Positions 47,955-56,000 of a DNA stretch of 64,000 bases are shown one piece after another (position 1 is the first letter of the stretch; each line of letters begins with the position of its first letter). The notes below the pieces were generated by a model. The model did not search any database. It had not been told where the DNA came from and saw nothing but the letters and a program-made list of their open reading frames with translations. The position numbers and the translations under genes were made by a program. This stretch comes from Thermoplasmata archaeon (GTDB taxonomy: Archaea > Thermoplasmatota > Thermoplasmata > Lutacidiplasmatales > UBA184): positions 2,286 to 66,285 of the forward strand of contig JAKIWQ010000004.1 of assembly GCA_022749935.1 (NCBI GenBank), in the 5' to 3' direction.

Positions 47955-48494
47955 CTAGAGCGAGCGCGCGTGCCGCTCGGTGATCGCTCGGAATCCCCGC
48001 TTGGCATAGAATCGGCTCGCGATCTCGTTCTGGGCGGGGAATTCTGCGATGACGACCCCAGCGCCCTTGGCTTTCAACTGCGAGGAGATCTCCTTGAGGA
48101 GGTACTCTCCCACACCGTGGCGCCGGTAGAGCGGGAGGAGGTAGATGTCGACGATCACGCCCTCCATCTCGGGCGTGTAGAACGGCCGCTCCCGCAAGAT
48201 CGCGTGGACGAACCCCACCACCTTGTCCCGGTCCGGGCCGACCCCTTCCGCGGCGAGGAGGATCGCCTTCGGGTCGTTCAAACTGGCCTTCAGTACCTCG
48301 CGGGCCTGGGACTCGGCATCGTCGCGCACCCGGAGCAGCGGGTCGAACTCCTCGTTCAAGCGTTTCAACCGGAGGAGGAGGGGTACCAGGACGGGGAGGT
48401 CGGCGGGTCGGGCCGGACGCAGGTGGATGGGAACGGCGGGGGAGTCGCCTCCGCCCGGCGAGGGGGGAGTGCCGGACTCGTTCGCCCCGGTCAC
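47955..48494 (-). CDS. GNAT family N-acetyltransferase
   Basis: IYLLPLYRRHGVG, NEIASRFYAKRGF; GTG overlaps the malic enzyme stop. Confidence 0.85.
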   Translation of the reverse strand: MTGANESGTPPSPGGGDSPAVPIHLRPARPADLPVLVPLLLRLKRLNEEFDPLLRVRDDAESQAREVLKASLNDPKAILLAAEGVGPDRDKVVGFVHAILRERPFYTPEMEGVIVDIYLLPLYRRHGVGEYLLKEISSQLKAKGAGVVIAEFPAQNEIASRFYAKRGFRAITERHARSL

Positions 48495-49927
48495 GGTGAC
48501 CGCCTCCGGGCGGAAGGGCCTCCGCGGGGCATCGGGGGCGTCAGGTGGGCCCGTTGGAGGGCGCGCACGAGTTGCCGGGACCGACCCATCTGGGTCTCGG
48601 CCCGGTGGAGGAATTCGTCGTGGCTCAGCCGGCGACGGGCGATCCCCTCTCGCACCGCGGCGTCGGCGACGGCCGCGGCGACGTGCGGGAAGACTTCGAT
48701 CTCCTCCATCGTCGGAAGGAGGTGGTCGCTCGAGAGTCCCAGGTCGGCGGCGTGGTGGGCGAGCTGACGCGCGGCCGCGAGGACGATCTCGTCCGGGATC
48801 GAGCGGGCCCGAGCGTCCAGTACGCCGCGGAACACCGCGGGAAAGACGAGGGAGTTGTTGACCTGATTCGGGAAGTCGCTGCGTCCCGTGGCGACCACCG
48901 CCGCCCCGGCGGCCCGAGCGATGTCCGGCCAGATCTCGGGGACCGGGTTCGCAAGGGCGAAGACGATCGGTCCCCGGGCCATCGACCGGACGTGGGCCGG
49001 TGTGATGGTGTTCGGGTCGGGGGTCGACGCCGCCAGGAGTACGTCGGCCCCCGCGACGGCGCTCGCGAGGTCGCCCGTACGTCCGGCGCCGTTCGTGCGG
49101 AGCGCGAGGCGGTACTTCCAGGGATTCCGTACGCTCAGTTCGTCCACGTCGGCCCGCTCGGCGTGCAGGATCCCCGAGCTGTCGACCAGCGCCAGCCGGT
49201 GCGGGTCGTGTCCGAGGGCGAGGAGGAGGCGCGCGGTCGCGATGTTGGCCGCTCCCGCGCCGAGGAGGACCGTCCGGATCTCCTTCACCGACCGGTGGGT
49301 CAACGTGAGGGCATTCAGGAGTCCCGCGATGGTCGCTGCGGCGGTCCCGAGCTGGTCGTCGTGCCACACGGGGATCGGGAGCCGCTTCTGGAGCTCTTCC
49401 AGGATCCCGAAGCACTTGGGGGAGGCGATGTCCTCGAGGTTGATGGCCCCGAACGCCGGAGCGATCCGCTCGACGGTGTCGATGATCGCGTCGGGGGCGG
49501 TCGCGTGGATCGGGAGCGGGACGGCGTCCACCCCGCCGAGCCATCGGAAGAGGAGCGCCTTCCCCTCCATCACCGGGAGAGCGGCCTCGGGACCCATGTC
49601 CCCGAGTCCGAGGACCCGGGAGCCGTCGGTCACGATCGCGATCGTGTTCCATCGGCCGGTGAGGTCGAACGAGAGCTCGGGGTCGGCGTGGATGGCCCGG
49701 GAGACCTCCGCGACCCCGGGAGTGTACCAGAGGGCGAAGTCCCGCAGGGACCGGACGGGGACCTTCGGGACGGTCTCGATCTTCCCCCCGTAGAATCGGG
49801 AGAGTTCGACCGCCCTCCGACCGAGCTCGTCCGTCTCGCTTTCGCGACGGGCCGACGCCCCCCGCGGACGGCTCCGCCGACGGGGCTCACGCCCCCCTTC
49901 CACGGGTGCGGGAACGCTCTCCGCCAT
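48491..49927 (-). CDS. NAD(P)-dependent malic enzyme
   Basis: YTPGVA, TDGSRVLGLG, VMEGK, INLEDI, HDDQLGT, GAGAA, LANP, TGRSDFPNQVNN. Confidence 0.95.
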   Translation of the reverse strand: MAESVPAPVEGGREPRRRSRPRGASARRESETDELGRRAVELSRFYGGKIETVPKVPVRSLRDFALWYTPGVAEVSRAIHADPELSFDLTGRWNTIAIVTDGSRVLGLGDMGPEAALPVMEGKALLFRWLGGVDAVPLPIHATAPDAIIDTVERIAPAFGAINLEDIASPKCFGILEELQKRLPIPVWHDDQLGTAAATIAGLLNALTLTHRSVKEIRTVLLGAGAANIATARLLLALGHDPHRLALVDSSGILHAERADVDELSVRNPWKYRLALRTNGAGRTGDLASAVAGADVLLAASTPDPNTITPAHVRSMARGPIVFALANPVPEIWPDIARAAGAAVVATGRSDFPNQVNNSLVFPAVFRGVLDARARSIPDEIVLAAARQLAHHAADLGLSSDHLLPTMEEIEVFPHVAAAVADAAVREGIARRRLSHDEFLHRAETQMGRSRQLVRALQRAHLTPPMPRGGPSARRRSP

Positions 49928-50085
49928 GCCGAAGTCGTTCACCGAGGGGGCCTTTATTAACACTTTCGCGGAGACGTTTGGCGAGTTCGGCGATTGTCGG
50001 ATGCCCACGTCACCGGTCGGGGTGCCGGAGATCCCTCCCACGGGGGTGGATAAGTACATCCCGCCGGCTCCCGTACCGGCTCCGG

Positions 50086-51171
50086 ATGTCTTCGAACAGC
50101 CCCCCGGCCCCCCACCCCTACGTCCGTCCTCCCCGGGCCGGGGCGGTCCCCCTCATCGCGCCGCGGGTGCTCCGTCAGCTGCTCGACGGCGAGGGCCCGC
50201 CGCTGCTGATCGACGTCCGTCCGCTCCCCGAGCGCCGTCTCGCCCACCTTCCCGGTGACCGACATCTCCCCCTCGAAGAACTCGTGGCCGGCGTCGCAAG
50301 TCTGCCGGCCGACCGGGCGATCGTCCTCTACGACCACCTCGGTTTCCGGGCCCGCCGCGCCGCGGAGTTCTTGATCGACCATGGGTTCGGGTCGGTCGCC
50401 GCTCTCGAAGGCGGGATCGAGGAGTACGCGCGGGTGGTGGACCCCGGCCTCGCCCGGTATTCCGGGGACGAGCGGGGTTCGGACCTCATCGTCCGTCAAT
50501 TGCCCCGCCCGGAGACCGGTTGCCTCGCCTACTTCGTCGGGGACCCCGTCGCGCGCGTCGGGGTCGTCATCGACCCCGGGCAAGATACCGCGCCCTACCA
50601 GGCCCTCCTCGCCGAAGGGGATTGGAAGCTCGCCGGGATCGTAGAGACCCACACGCACGCCGACCATCTGGCGGGTCATTCGGCCCTCCACCTGACGACC
50701 GACGCACCCATCCTCGTCAGCCACCGCTCCCCGGCCCAGTACCCCCACCAGCGCCTCACCGAGGGAGAGGCCGTGCGCTTCGGAAGCCAAGAGCTGGTCG
50801 TGCTGGAAACCCCGGGGCATACGCAGGACCACCTGACCCTGCGGCTGCGCGACCAGATCTTCACCGGCGACACGCTCCTGCTCGGCTCCTGCGGCCGCAC
50901 CGACCTCGCCGGGGGCTCACCGGAGCGGCTCTGGGAGAGCCTCCAGGACCGACTCCTCCGACTCCCGAGGGAGACCGAGGTCTATCCCGCCCACTACGGC
51001 CCGCTCCACGCTCTCCCCGACCGGTACGTCTCGACGCTCGGGTTCGAGCGGGCCACCAACGAGGCGCTCAACCAAGGGTCGCGCGAGGCGTTCCTTCGGT
51101 ACATGACCGAAGGCTGGCCCCCCAAGCCCGCACGGTTCGACGAGATCGTCGCCTCGAACCTCGCGGCGTAG
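50086..51171 (+). CDS. Rhodanese-like domain fused to an MBL-fold persulfide dioxygenase-like domain
   Basis: LIDVR...LEGGI rhodanese fold with loop YDHLGFRA; ETHTHADH, TPGHT, FTGDTL, GRTDL, YPAH. Confidence 0.85.
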   Translation: MSSNSPPAPHPYVRPPRAGAVPLIAPRVLRQLLDGEGPPLLIDVRPLPERRLAHLPGDRHLPLEELVAGVASLPADRAIVLYDHLGFRARRAAEFLIDHGFGSVAALEGGIEEYARVVDPGLARYSGDERGSDLIVRQLPRPETGCLAYFVGDPVARVGVVIDPGQDTAPYQALLAEGDWKLAGIVETHTHADHLAGHSALHLTTDAPILVSHRSPAQYPHQRLTEGEAVRFGSQELVVLETPGHTQDHLTLRLRDQIFTGDTLLLGSCGRTDLAGGSPERLWESLQDRLLRLPRETEVYPAHYGPLHALPDRYVSTLGFERATNEALNQGSREAFLRYMTEGWPPKPARFDEIVASNLAA

Positions 51172-51178
51172 CGGACCG

Positions 51179-52066
51179 CTACTCGCCGGTGCCCCCCGAG
51201 AGGACCTCGGGGCCGTTCGGTCCGACCAACACCGTGTGTTCGGCTTGCGCCACCAACCCTCGCCCCCGTTCGACGAACACGGGGTAGGTCTGGAGCACGC
51301 GGCGGGCGCGCGTCAACGCGGCCCGTTCCTCCGGGCGCGCCACCCAACGGAGGGTGAACGGAAGGGTCCGGAAGCGGGCGAAGAGCCCGGAGAGGACCGG
51401 GTCGCGCCCGCCGGGGTCGGACCGGAATCGAACGATGTTTCCGAAAGGACCGTTCTCGATGAGGCCGACCCCGTTGGTCGCGAACGGTTCGATCGCGATC
51501 ACCTCGCCCTCCTCGAGCGTCGCACCGCTGACCCCCGGCACGTTCGGGACCGACTTCCCCGCGTGCAGGAGGTACCGCTCGATCGAGTGTCCGGTAAGAT
51601 TCTCCATCGGCTTCAGGCCGCGGGCCCGGATCGCCGACGCGATCGCCCGGCTGATCTCGTCGACCCGCACCCCGGGGCGCACCTGGGCGATCCCGGCCCG
51701 GAGTCCTTCCCGCGCCGCCCGAACCAGGTTCTCGTGCCGGTGGGTCCCCCCGACCTCGACCGTATCCGCGGTGTCCGCGATCGCTCCGTCCAGGTGCGCC
51801 CCCACGTCGACCTTGACGAGGTCCCCCGGGACGAACGTCACGGTGTCGTCCGGGTCCGGCGTGTAGTGGGCCGCTTCGTCGTTGCGGGACAGGTTCGCGG
51901 GAAAGGCGGGCTCCGCGCCCGCGGCCCGGATGAGGGCTTCCACGGCGTCGGCCACGTCGCGTCGGCGCGCGCCGGGGATCGTGAGGCGCAACCCGAGCTC
52001 CCGGCCCCGAGCGGCGATCCGGGCCGCCTCGCGCCACTGCTCGAGATGCTCGGGGTACCGGGCCAC
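51179..52066 (-). CDS. map: Type II methionine aminopeptidase
   Basis: AFP, AAHYTP, KVDVGAHLDGAIADTA, NLTGH, AIEPFAT, AQAEHT. Confidence 0.93.
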   Translation of the reverse strand: MARYPEHLEQWREAARIAARGRELGLRLTIPGARRRDVADAVEALIRAAGAEPAFPANLSRNDEAAHYTPDPDDTVTFVPGDLVKVDVGAHLDGAIADTADTVEVGGTHRHENLVRAAREGLRAGIAQVRPGVRVDEISRAIASAIRARGLKPMENLTGHSIERYLLHAGKSVPNVPGVSGATLEEGEVIAIEPFATNGVGLIENGPFGNIVRFRSDPGGRDPVLSGLFARFRTLPFTLRWVARPEERAALTRARRVLQTYPVFVERGRGLVAQAEHTVLVGPNGPEVLSGGTGE

Positions 52067-52067
52067 G

Positions 52068-52634
52068 TTACCTTCTCGGGACGAGGCGAGGTCGGTCCTG
52101 CGTAACGTCGACCAGAAGGGAGGGTCGGCCCGAGGGGGAAGGGCCGCCCGGAACGTACACCGCCACGCTCTCCCCGAACGTCCGTCGCGCTGCCCGAGCG
52201 GTTCGGCAGGGAGAGTACCCATGGAGGTTCGCGCTCGTGGCCGTGATGGGGCCCACCCGTCGGGCCAGTTCTCGAGCGATCGGGTGGTCGGGGACCCGGA
52301 GTCCGAGACGGCCCCGCGGCGGGAGGACCGAGGGCGGAAAGGTGCGACGCGCCCGGGTCGTCGGAACGACGAGCAGCGTGTACGGGCCCGGGAGATGGCG
52401 ACGCACCCACGCGCGCGACGCGGGGGCCAGCTCCGCCCAGGTCTCGAGCTCGTCCACGGAGCTGAGCGCGAGGGAGATCGGGGGGCCGCCCGGACGCCCT
52501 TTCACCTCTTCCAATCGCGCGACCGCCGCGGCGTCGGAACCGAGGGCCGCCATCCCGAGCAGGGTATCGGTCGGGTAGACGACGAGTTCGCCGCGCGCGA
52601 GGGCTCGCGCCGCGTCGGCGAGCGGGGACCCCAT
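52068..52634 (-). CDS. tsaC: L-threonylcarbamoyladenylate synthase (TsaC/YrdC domain only)
   Basis: VVYPTDT, KGR, LPGPYTL, GLRVP, TATSANLHG. Confidence 0.88.
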   Translation of the reverse strand: MGSPLADAARALARGELVVYPTDTLLGMAALGSDAAAVARLEEVKGRPGGPPISLALSSVDELETWAELAPASRAWVRRHLPGPYTLLVVPTTRARRTFPPSVLPPRGRLGLRVPDHPIARELARRVGPITATSANLHGYSPCRTARAARRTFGESVAVYVPGGPSPSGRPSLLVDVTQDRPRLVPRR

Positions 52635-52638
52635 CGAC

Positions 52639-53097
52639 CTAGGCGTACTCCTCGCCCACCCGGGAGTAGGCGAGATACTCGGTGGGTCCGAAGTAGAGCG
52701 CGAGCTCGCGGGCCGCCGACTCGGGCGAGTCGGAGGCGTGGACCAGGTTGGCCGTGATGCCGAGCGCCCAATCTCCCCGGATCGTCCCCGGAGCGGCCGA
52801 CTGCGGGTTGGTGGCTCCGACGAGCAACCGCACGACGGAGATCGCCGACCGGCCCTCGAGGGCCAGCGCCAGGACCGGGCCCGACGTGATATGCTGGATG
52901 AGCGAGGGGTAGAACGGCTTGCCCTCGTGCTCCGCGTAGTGCCGTTGCGCGAGCTCGGGAGCGAGCTGGACCGCCTTGGCGGCCACGATCTTGAGCCCCT
53001 TGTGTTCCAATCGCGAGACGATCCCGCCGACGAGTCCCCGACGTAGGCCGTCGGGCTTGACCAGGACCAGCGTGCGCTCGACGCTCCCTTCCGCCAT
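52639..53097 (-). CDS. ndk: Nucleoside diphosphate kinase
   Basis: ERTLVLVKPDG, HYAEH, PGTIRGD, NLVHASDS. Confidence 0.97.
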   Translation of the reverse strand: MAEGSVERTLVLVKPDGLRRGLVGGIVSRLEHKGLKIVAAKAVQLAPELAQRHYAEHEGKPFYPSLIQHITSGPVLALALEGRSAISVVRLLVGATNPQSAAPGTIRGDWALGITANLVHASDSPESAARELALYFGPTEYLAYSRVGEEYA

Positions 53098-53171
53098 CGG
53101 TCGCACGAACCGGGCCGGGGCGTAAAGGTTTCCTCCGCCCGCGCTCGGGGGCGGTTTGGACGGTGGGTCCC

Positions 53172-53987
53172 ATGGCCGGTCGCGGAGCGAAGAAGGAACG
53201 GCTCGCCCGGACCTTCGACCGGTCGGCCGCGCTCTACGAACGCGGGCGTCCCGGCTACCCCCGCTCGGCCCTCCGGTTCATCGCTTCGAACCTCGGGGTC
53301 GGACGGGGGTCGGTCGTGGTCGACCTCGCGGCCGGGACCGGGAAGTTCACGCGGGAAATCGTCCGGACCGGTGCCGCCGTCGTCGCCATCGAACCAATGG
53401 CCGGAATGCGACGGGAGTTCCGTCGACGGGTCCCCGACGTCCCGATCGTCGAAGGTACGGCCGAGAAGATCCCTCTCCCATCGGGGAGCGTGGACGCCGT
53501 CGTCGTGGCGCAGGCCTTCCACTGGTTTCGGGGACGGCTCGCGCTCCGGGAGATCGCCCGAGTGCTGCGCCCCGGAGGTCTGCTCGTCCTGGTCTGGAAC
53601 ACCCGGGACGACCGGTATCGTTGGTCCCGCGAGCTGACCGCGATCATCGAGGGCGCGGGTGGTCCCCGGATCTATGCCGCCGCCCACGGGGGCGACACGC
53701 TCTGGCGCCGACCGTTCCGCCGGGGGGCCAGTCCCTTCACGGGCTTGAAGAAGCGAACGTTCCCCCACGTCCAGGACGCACCTCCGGGGACCTTTCTCGC
53801 CCGGGCCCTCTCGGTGAGCCTGGTCGCGGCCCAACCCCCTTCAGTGCGCCGCCGGGTGGCCCGCGAGGTACGCACACTCCTCGCGACCGACCCGCAGACC
53901 CGGGGCCGGGAGTTGATCCGACTGACCTACCGTACCGAACTGTTCTGGTGTCGCCTCCGGGCCCCACGGCGGGTGCGGACGATCTAG
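53172..53987 (+). CDS. Class I SAM-dependent methyltransferase
   Basis: YERGRPGYP, VDLAAGTGKFT, AQAFHWF, RVLRPGG. Confidence 0.9.
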   Translation: MAGRGAKKERLARTFDRSAALYERGRPGYPRSALRFIASNLGVGRGSVVVDLAAGTGKFTREIVRTGAAVVAIEPMAGMRREFRRRVPDVPIVEGTAEKIPLPSGSVDAVVVAQAFHWFRGRLALREIARVLRPGGLLVLVWNTRDDRYRWSRELTAIIEGAGGPRIYAAAHGGDTLWRRPFRRGASPFTGLKKRTFPHVQDAPPGTFLARALSVSLVAAQPPSVRRRVAREVRTLLATDPQTRGRELIRLTYRTELFWCRLRAPRRVRTI

Positions 53988-54505
53988 CTCGCGCGGGCGT
54001 CGCACCCGTCGCGCCACGGGCACCGCGCACACCGGCCCGGAGAGGGGGTGGCCCGGCCGTCATAGGGCCGGTCCATCTCGGCGCGAAGGGCGAGCAGGTC
54101 GGCGCGGGCGACGCGGTCCCACGGAACGCGGAACTCGCCACCGTCCCCGTACCGCACCACTCCGTACGGCGGTGAGCGGCCCGTCGTCTCCTCGACGAGG
54201 AGACAATAGGCCCCCACCTGCACCCGATGGGAATACGGGACCCCGCGCGCGGGGGTCGAACGGCTCTTGAACTCGACTGGGACGACGCGCGCGTCCGGTA
54301 GACGCCGAAGCTCGTCCGGTCGGCCGGAGATCCGATACCGGGAGGAGCGAAGGACCGGCGCGGAATCCGACCCGTCGTCCACGGCGAGGAGGGTCCCGTA
54401 CCGACGTTCGCGTCGCCCCACGACGACCGCCCGCATCCCGAAATACACCGCGGCCAACCCCCCGAGGACGAGGGCCGCTCCCACGAACTCGCCTAGAGCA
54501 GCCAC
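53984..54505 (-). CDS. Cas4-family PD-(D/E)xK nuclease, C-terminal half with N-terminal TM helix
   Basis: TM FVGAALVLGGLAAVYFGM; ISGRPDE, PVEFKS, QVGAY motifs; CARCPWRDGC (3 Cys); GGAGG SD 6 nt before GTG 54505. Confidence 0.85.
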   Translation of the reverse strand: MAALGEFVGAALVLGGLAAVYFGMRAVVVGRRERRYGTLLAVDDGSDSAPVLRSSRYRISGRPDELRRLPDARVVPVEFKSRSTPARGVPYSHRVQVGAYCLLVEETTGRSPPYGVVRYGDGGEFRVPWDRVARADLLALRAEMDRPYDGRATPSPGRCARCPWRDGCDARAS

Positions 54506-54753
54506 GCCGAGCCTCCGAGGACGATGAGGAGACCCGCCACGACGAGGAGCCAGTACGCGACTCTCCACTCCGAGCGACGGCGTTCTCCGCGGAGCTGGCG
54601 GTGGTGAGTCCGGGTCCCGGCCCGAGCGCTCCGGACCGCGTCCGGAGTCGGCCCTCGCTCCGGAGGGTGATGCCGATACCAGTGCGACCGAGGGCAGTAC
54701 GCGTAGTCCGCGAGGTCGGACGCGGAAACGTACCGGAGCCCCTCCGAAGGCAT
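54493..54753 (-). CDS. Cas4-family N-terminal half with C-terminal TM helix
   Basis: VSASDLADYAYCPRSHWY (first Fe-S Cys), AGTRTH (motif I GxxxH), then TM AYWLLVVAGLLIVLGGSAWLL. Confidence 0.8.
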   Translation of the reverse strand: MPSEGLRYVSASDLADYAYCPRSHWYRHHPPERGPTPDAVRSARAGTRTHHRQLRGERRRSEWRVAYWLLVVAGLLIVLGGSAWLL

Positions 54754-54819
54754 CGGGTGAACTGCGGAGCCGCGGAGAAATACGGCTTCCGCTCGAAGAG
54801 CTCGGTGGGGCGTGCCGGT

Positions 54820-55239
54820 CTACGCCTTCGGTGCCGCGGGGTCTGCGGGGGGTTTCTTGGTACGGGTTCGAGGCTTGGATGCCGGCGGGGGCGATGGGTT
54901 CGGGGTTTCGGTCTCGGCCGGAGCCTCCGGCCTCGGGGGAACCGCGGCGGCGGGCGAAGGGGTCGGCTCTTTCGGCGGAACGGCCGGTCGGACGGGTTTC
55001 CCTCGGGAGGAGGACTTCCCGGCCGGTCGGGCGGCGGCGGCCGATCGGTCCGCGGCCCGCTTCAGCGCATGGGCCCGGGTCCACTTCAGGCGATGGCCGA
55101 CCCGGCCGAGGTGGAGCTGTTGCTTCCGGCAGGACGAGGTGCAGAAGTGGAAGATCGACCCGTCGCGCTTGACGAACATCGTACCGGTCCCCGGTTCGAT
55201 CTCCGCGGCGCAGAACGAGCACTGGCGCTTGACGACCAT
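54820..55239 (-). CDS. rpl24e: 50S ribosomal protein L24e with long Pro/Ala/Lys tail
   Basis: CSFC..IEPGTG.MFVKRDG...FCTSSC...LKWT. Confidence 0.93.
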   Translation of the reverse strand: MVVKRQCSFCAAEIEPGTGTMFVKRDGSIFHFCTSSCRKQQLHLGRVGHRLKWTRAHALKRAADRSAAAARPAGKSSSRGKPVRPAVPPKEPTPSPAAAVPPRPEAPAETETPNPSPPPASKPRTRTKKPPADPAAPKA

Positions 55240-55248
55240 GGTGGATCC

Positions 55249-55461
55249 CTACCGCACCGAGAGTTTGCGCGCTTCGCGGGCGGTCTCGCGCAGGATCAGG
55301 ACGTCCCCGAGGCGGATCGGGCCGGCCACGTTGCGAGTGATGATTTTTCCCCGGTCCCGTCCGGCGAGGACCCGGACCTTGACCTGCGTCGCTTCGCCCG
55401 CCATGCCCGTACGGCCGACGAGCTCGACGACCTCCGCGGGGGATCCCTTGTCTTCCGCCAC
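55249..55461 (-). CDS. rps28e: 30S ribosomal protein S28e
   Basis: [15 protein letters not shown]...[20 protein letters not shown]. Confidence 0.96.
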   Translation of the reverse strand: MAEDKGSPAEVVELVGRTGMAGEATQVKVRVLAGRDRGKIITRNVAGPIRLGDVLILRETAREARKLSVR

Positions 55462-55486
55462 GGTCTAGCCTCCGGTCGGACCCTGC

Positions 55487-55858
55487 CTACTTCTTGAGGT
55501 TCGGGAACTGGGCCGCGATCTCGTCCAGGAGGGCCTTGGCTTCCCCCGGCTCCACGACCGCCACGCTCGCCGCCGACTTGGAGAGGCCGGCCGACTGGCC
55601 GAGCCGCTGCTTCTTCGGGACGTAGACGTAGGGGATCCGCTTCTCCTCGCACAGCATCGGGATGTGGACGAGGATCTCGACCGGGTCGACGTCCTCGGCC
55701 ATGATGACGAGCTTGGCCTCGGACCGTTCGCTCGACTTCGTGACCTCGTTCGTGCCGACACGGACCTTTCCCGTCTCGCTCGCCACCTGGACGAGCTGCA
55801 GGGCCTTGTCGGAGAGTTCGGTCGGCGTCTCGAATCGTACGTAGATGGGTCGCGCCAT
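55487..55858 (-). CDS. rpl7ae: Ribosomal / k-turn-binding protein L7Ae
   Basis: YVRFETP, GTNEVTK, AEDVDP.EI..HIP.LCEEK, LG.SAG. Confidence 0.97.
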   Translation of the reverse strand: MARPIYVRFETPTELSDKALQLVQVASETGKVRVGTNEVTKSSERSEAKLVIMAEDVDPVEILVHIPMLCEEKRIPYVYVPKKQRLGQSAGLSKSAASVAVVEPGEAKALLDEIAAQFPNLKK

Positions 55859-55866
55859 GGTTCCTC

Positions 55867-55901
55867 GCGTCAGCGGAACCCCCATCCGGGGGGTCCTCGG
55901 C
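55867..55901 (-). promoter_or_regulatory. Kink-turn in the rpl7ae 5' UTR (putative autoregulatory element)
   Basis: Minus strand GCC-GA-GGACCCCCC-GGAT-GGGGGTTCC-GCT-GA-CGC: C-stem, 3-nt bulge, tandem GA/AG; TATA TTAAATA at 55929-55935; abuts GAGGA SD. Confidence 0.7.
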
Positions 55902-56000
55902 TCACGGGTGGGTGCGTAGGGGCCACGCTATTTAACGGTGCCCGAAGGGCCGACTCCCTTCCAGGGGATTCGCCTCACCCGGGGGTCCGACCCTCGTCCC

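Noticed and set aside
53984-54753. Cas4 as a frameshifted pseudogene
   Set aside because: Both halves keep all motifs, each has a TM helix at the junction, and the second ORF has its own SD and start; a read check is still advisable.
53000-56000. CRISPR-Cas locus around the Cas4-like genes
   Set aside because: No repeat-spacer array and no cas1, cas2 or effector genes anywhere in the window.
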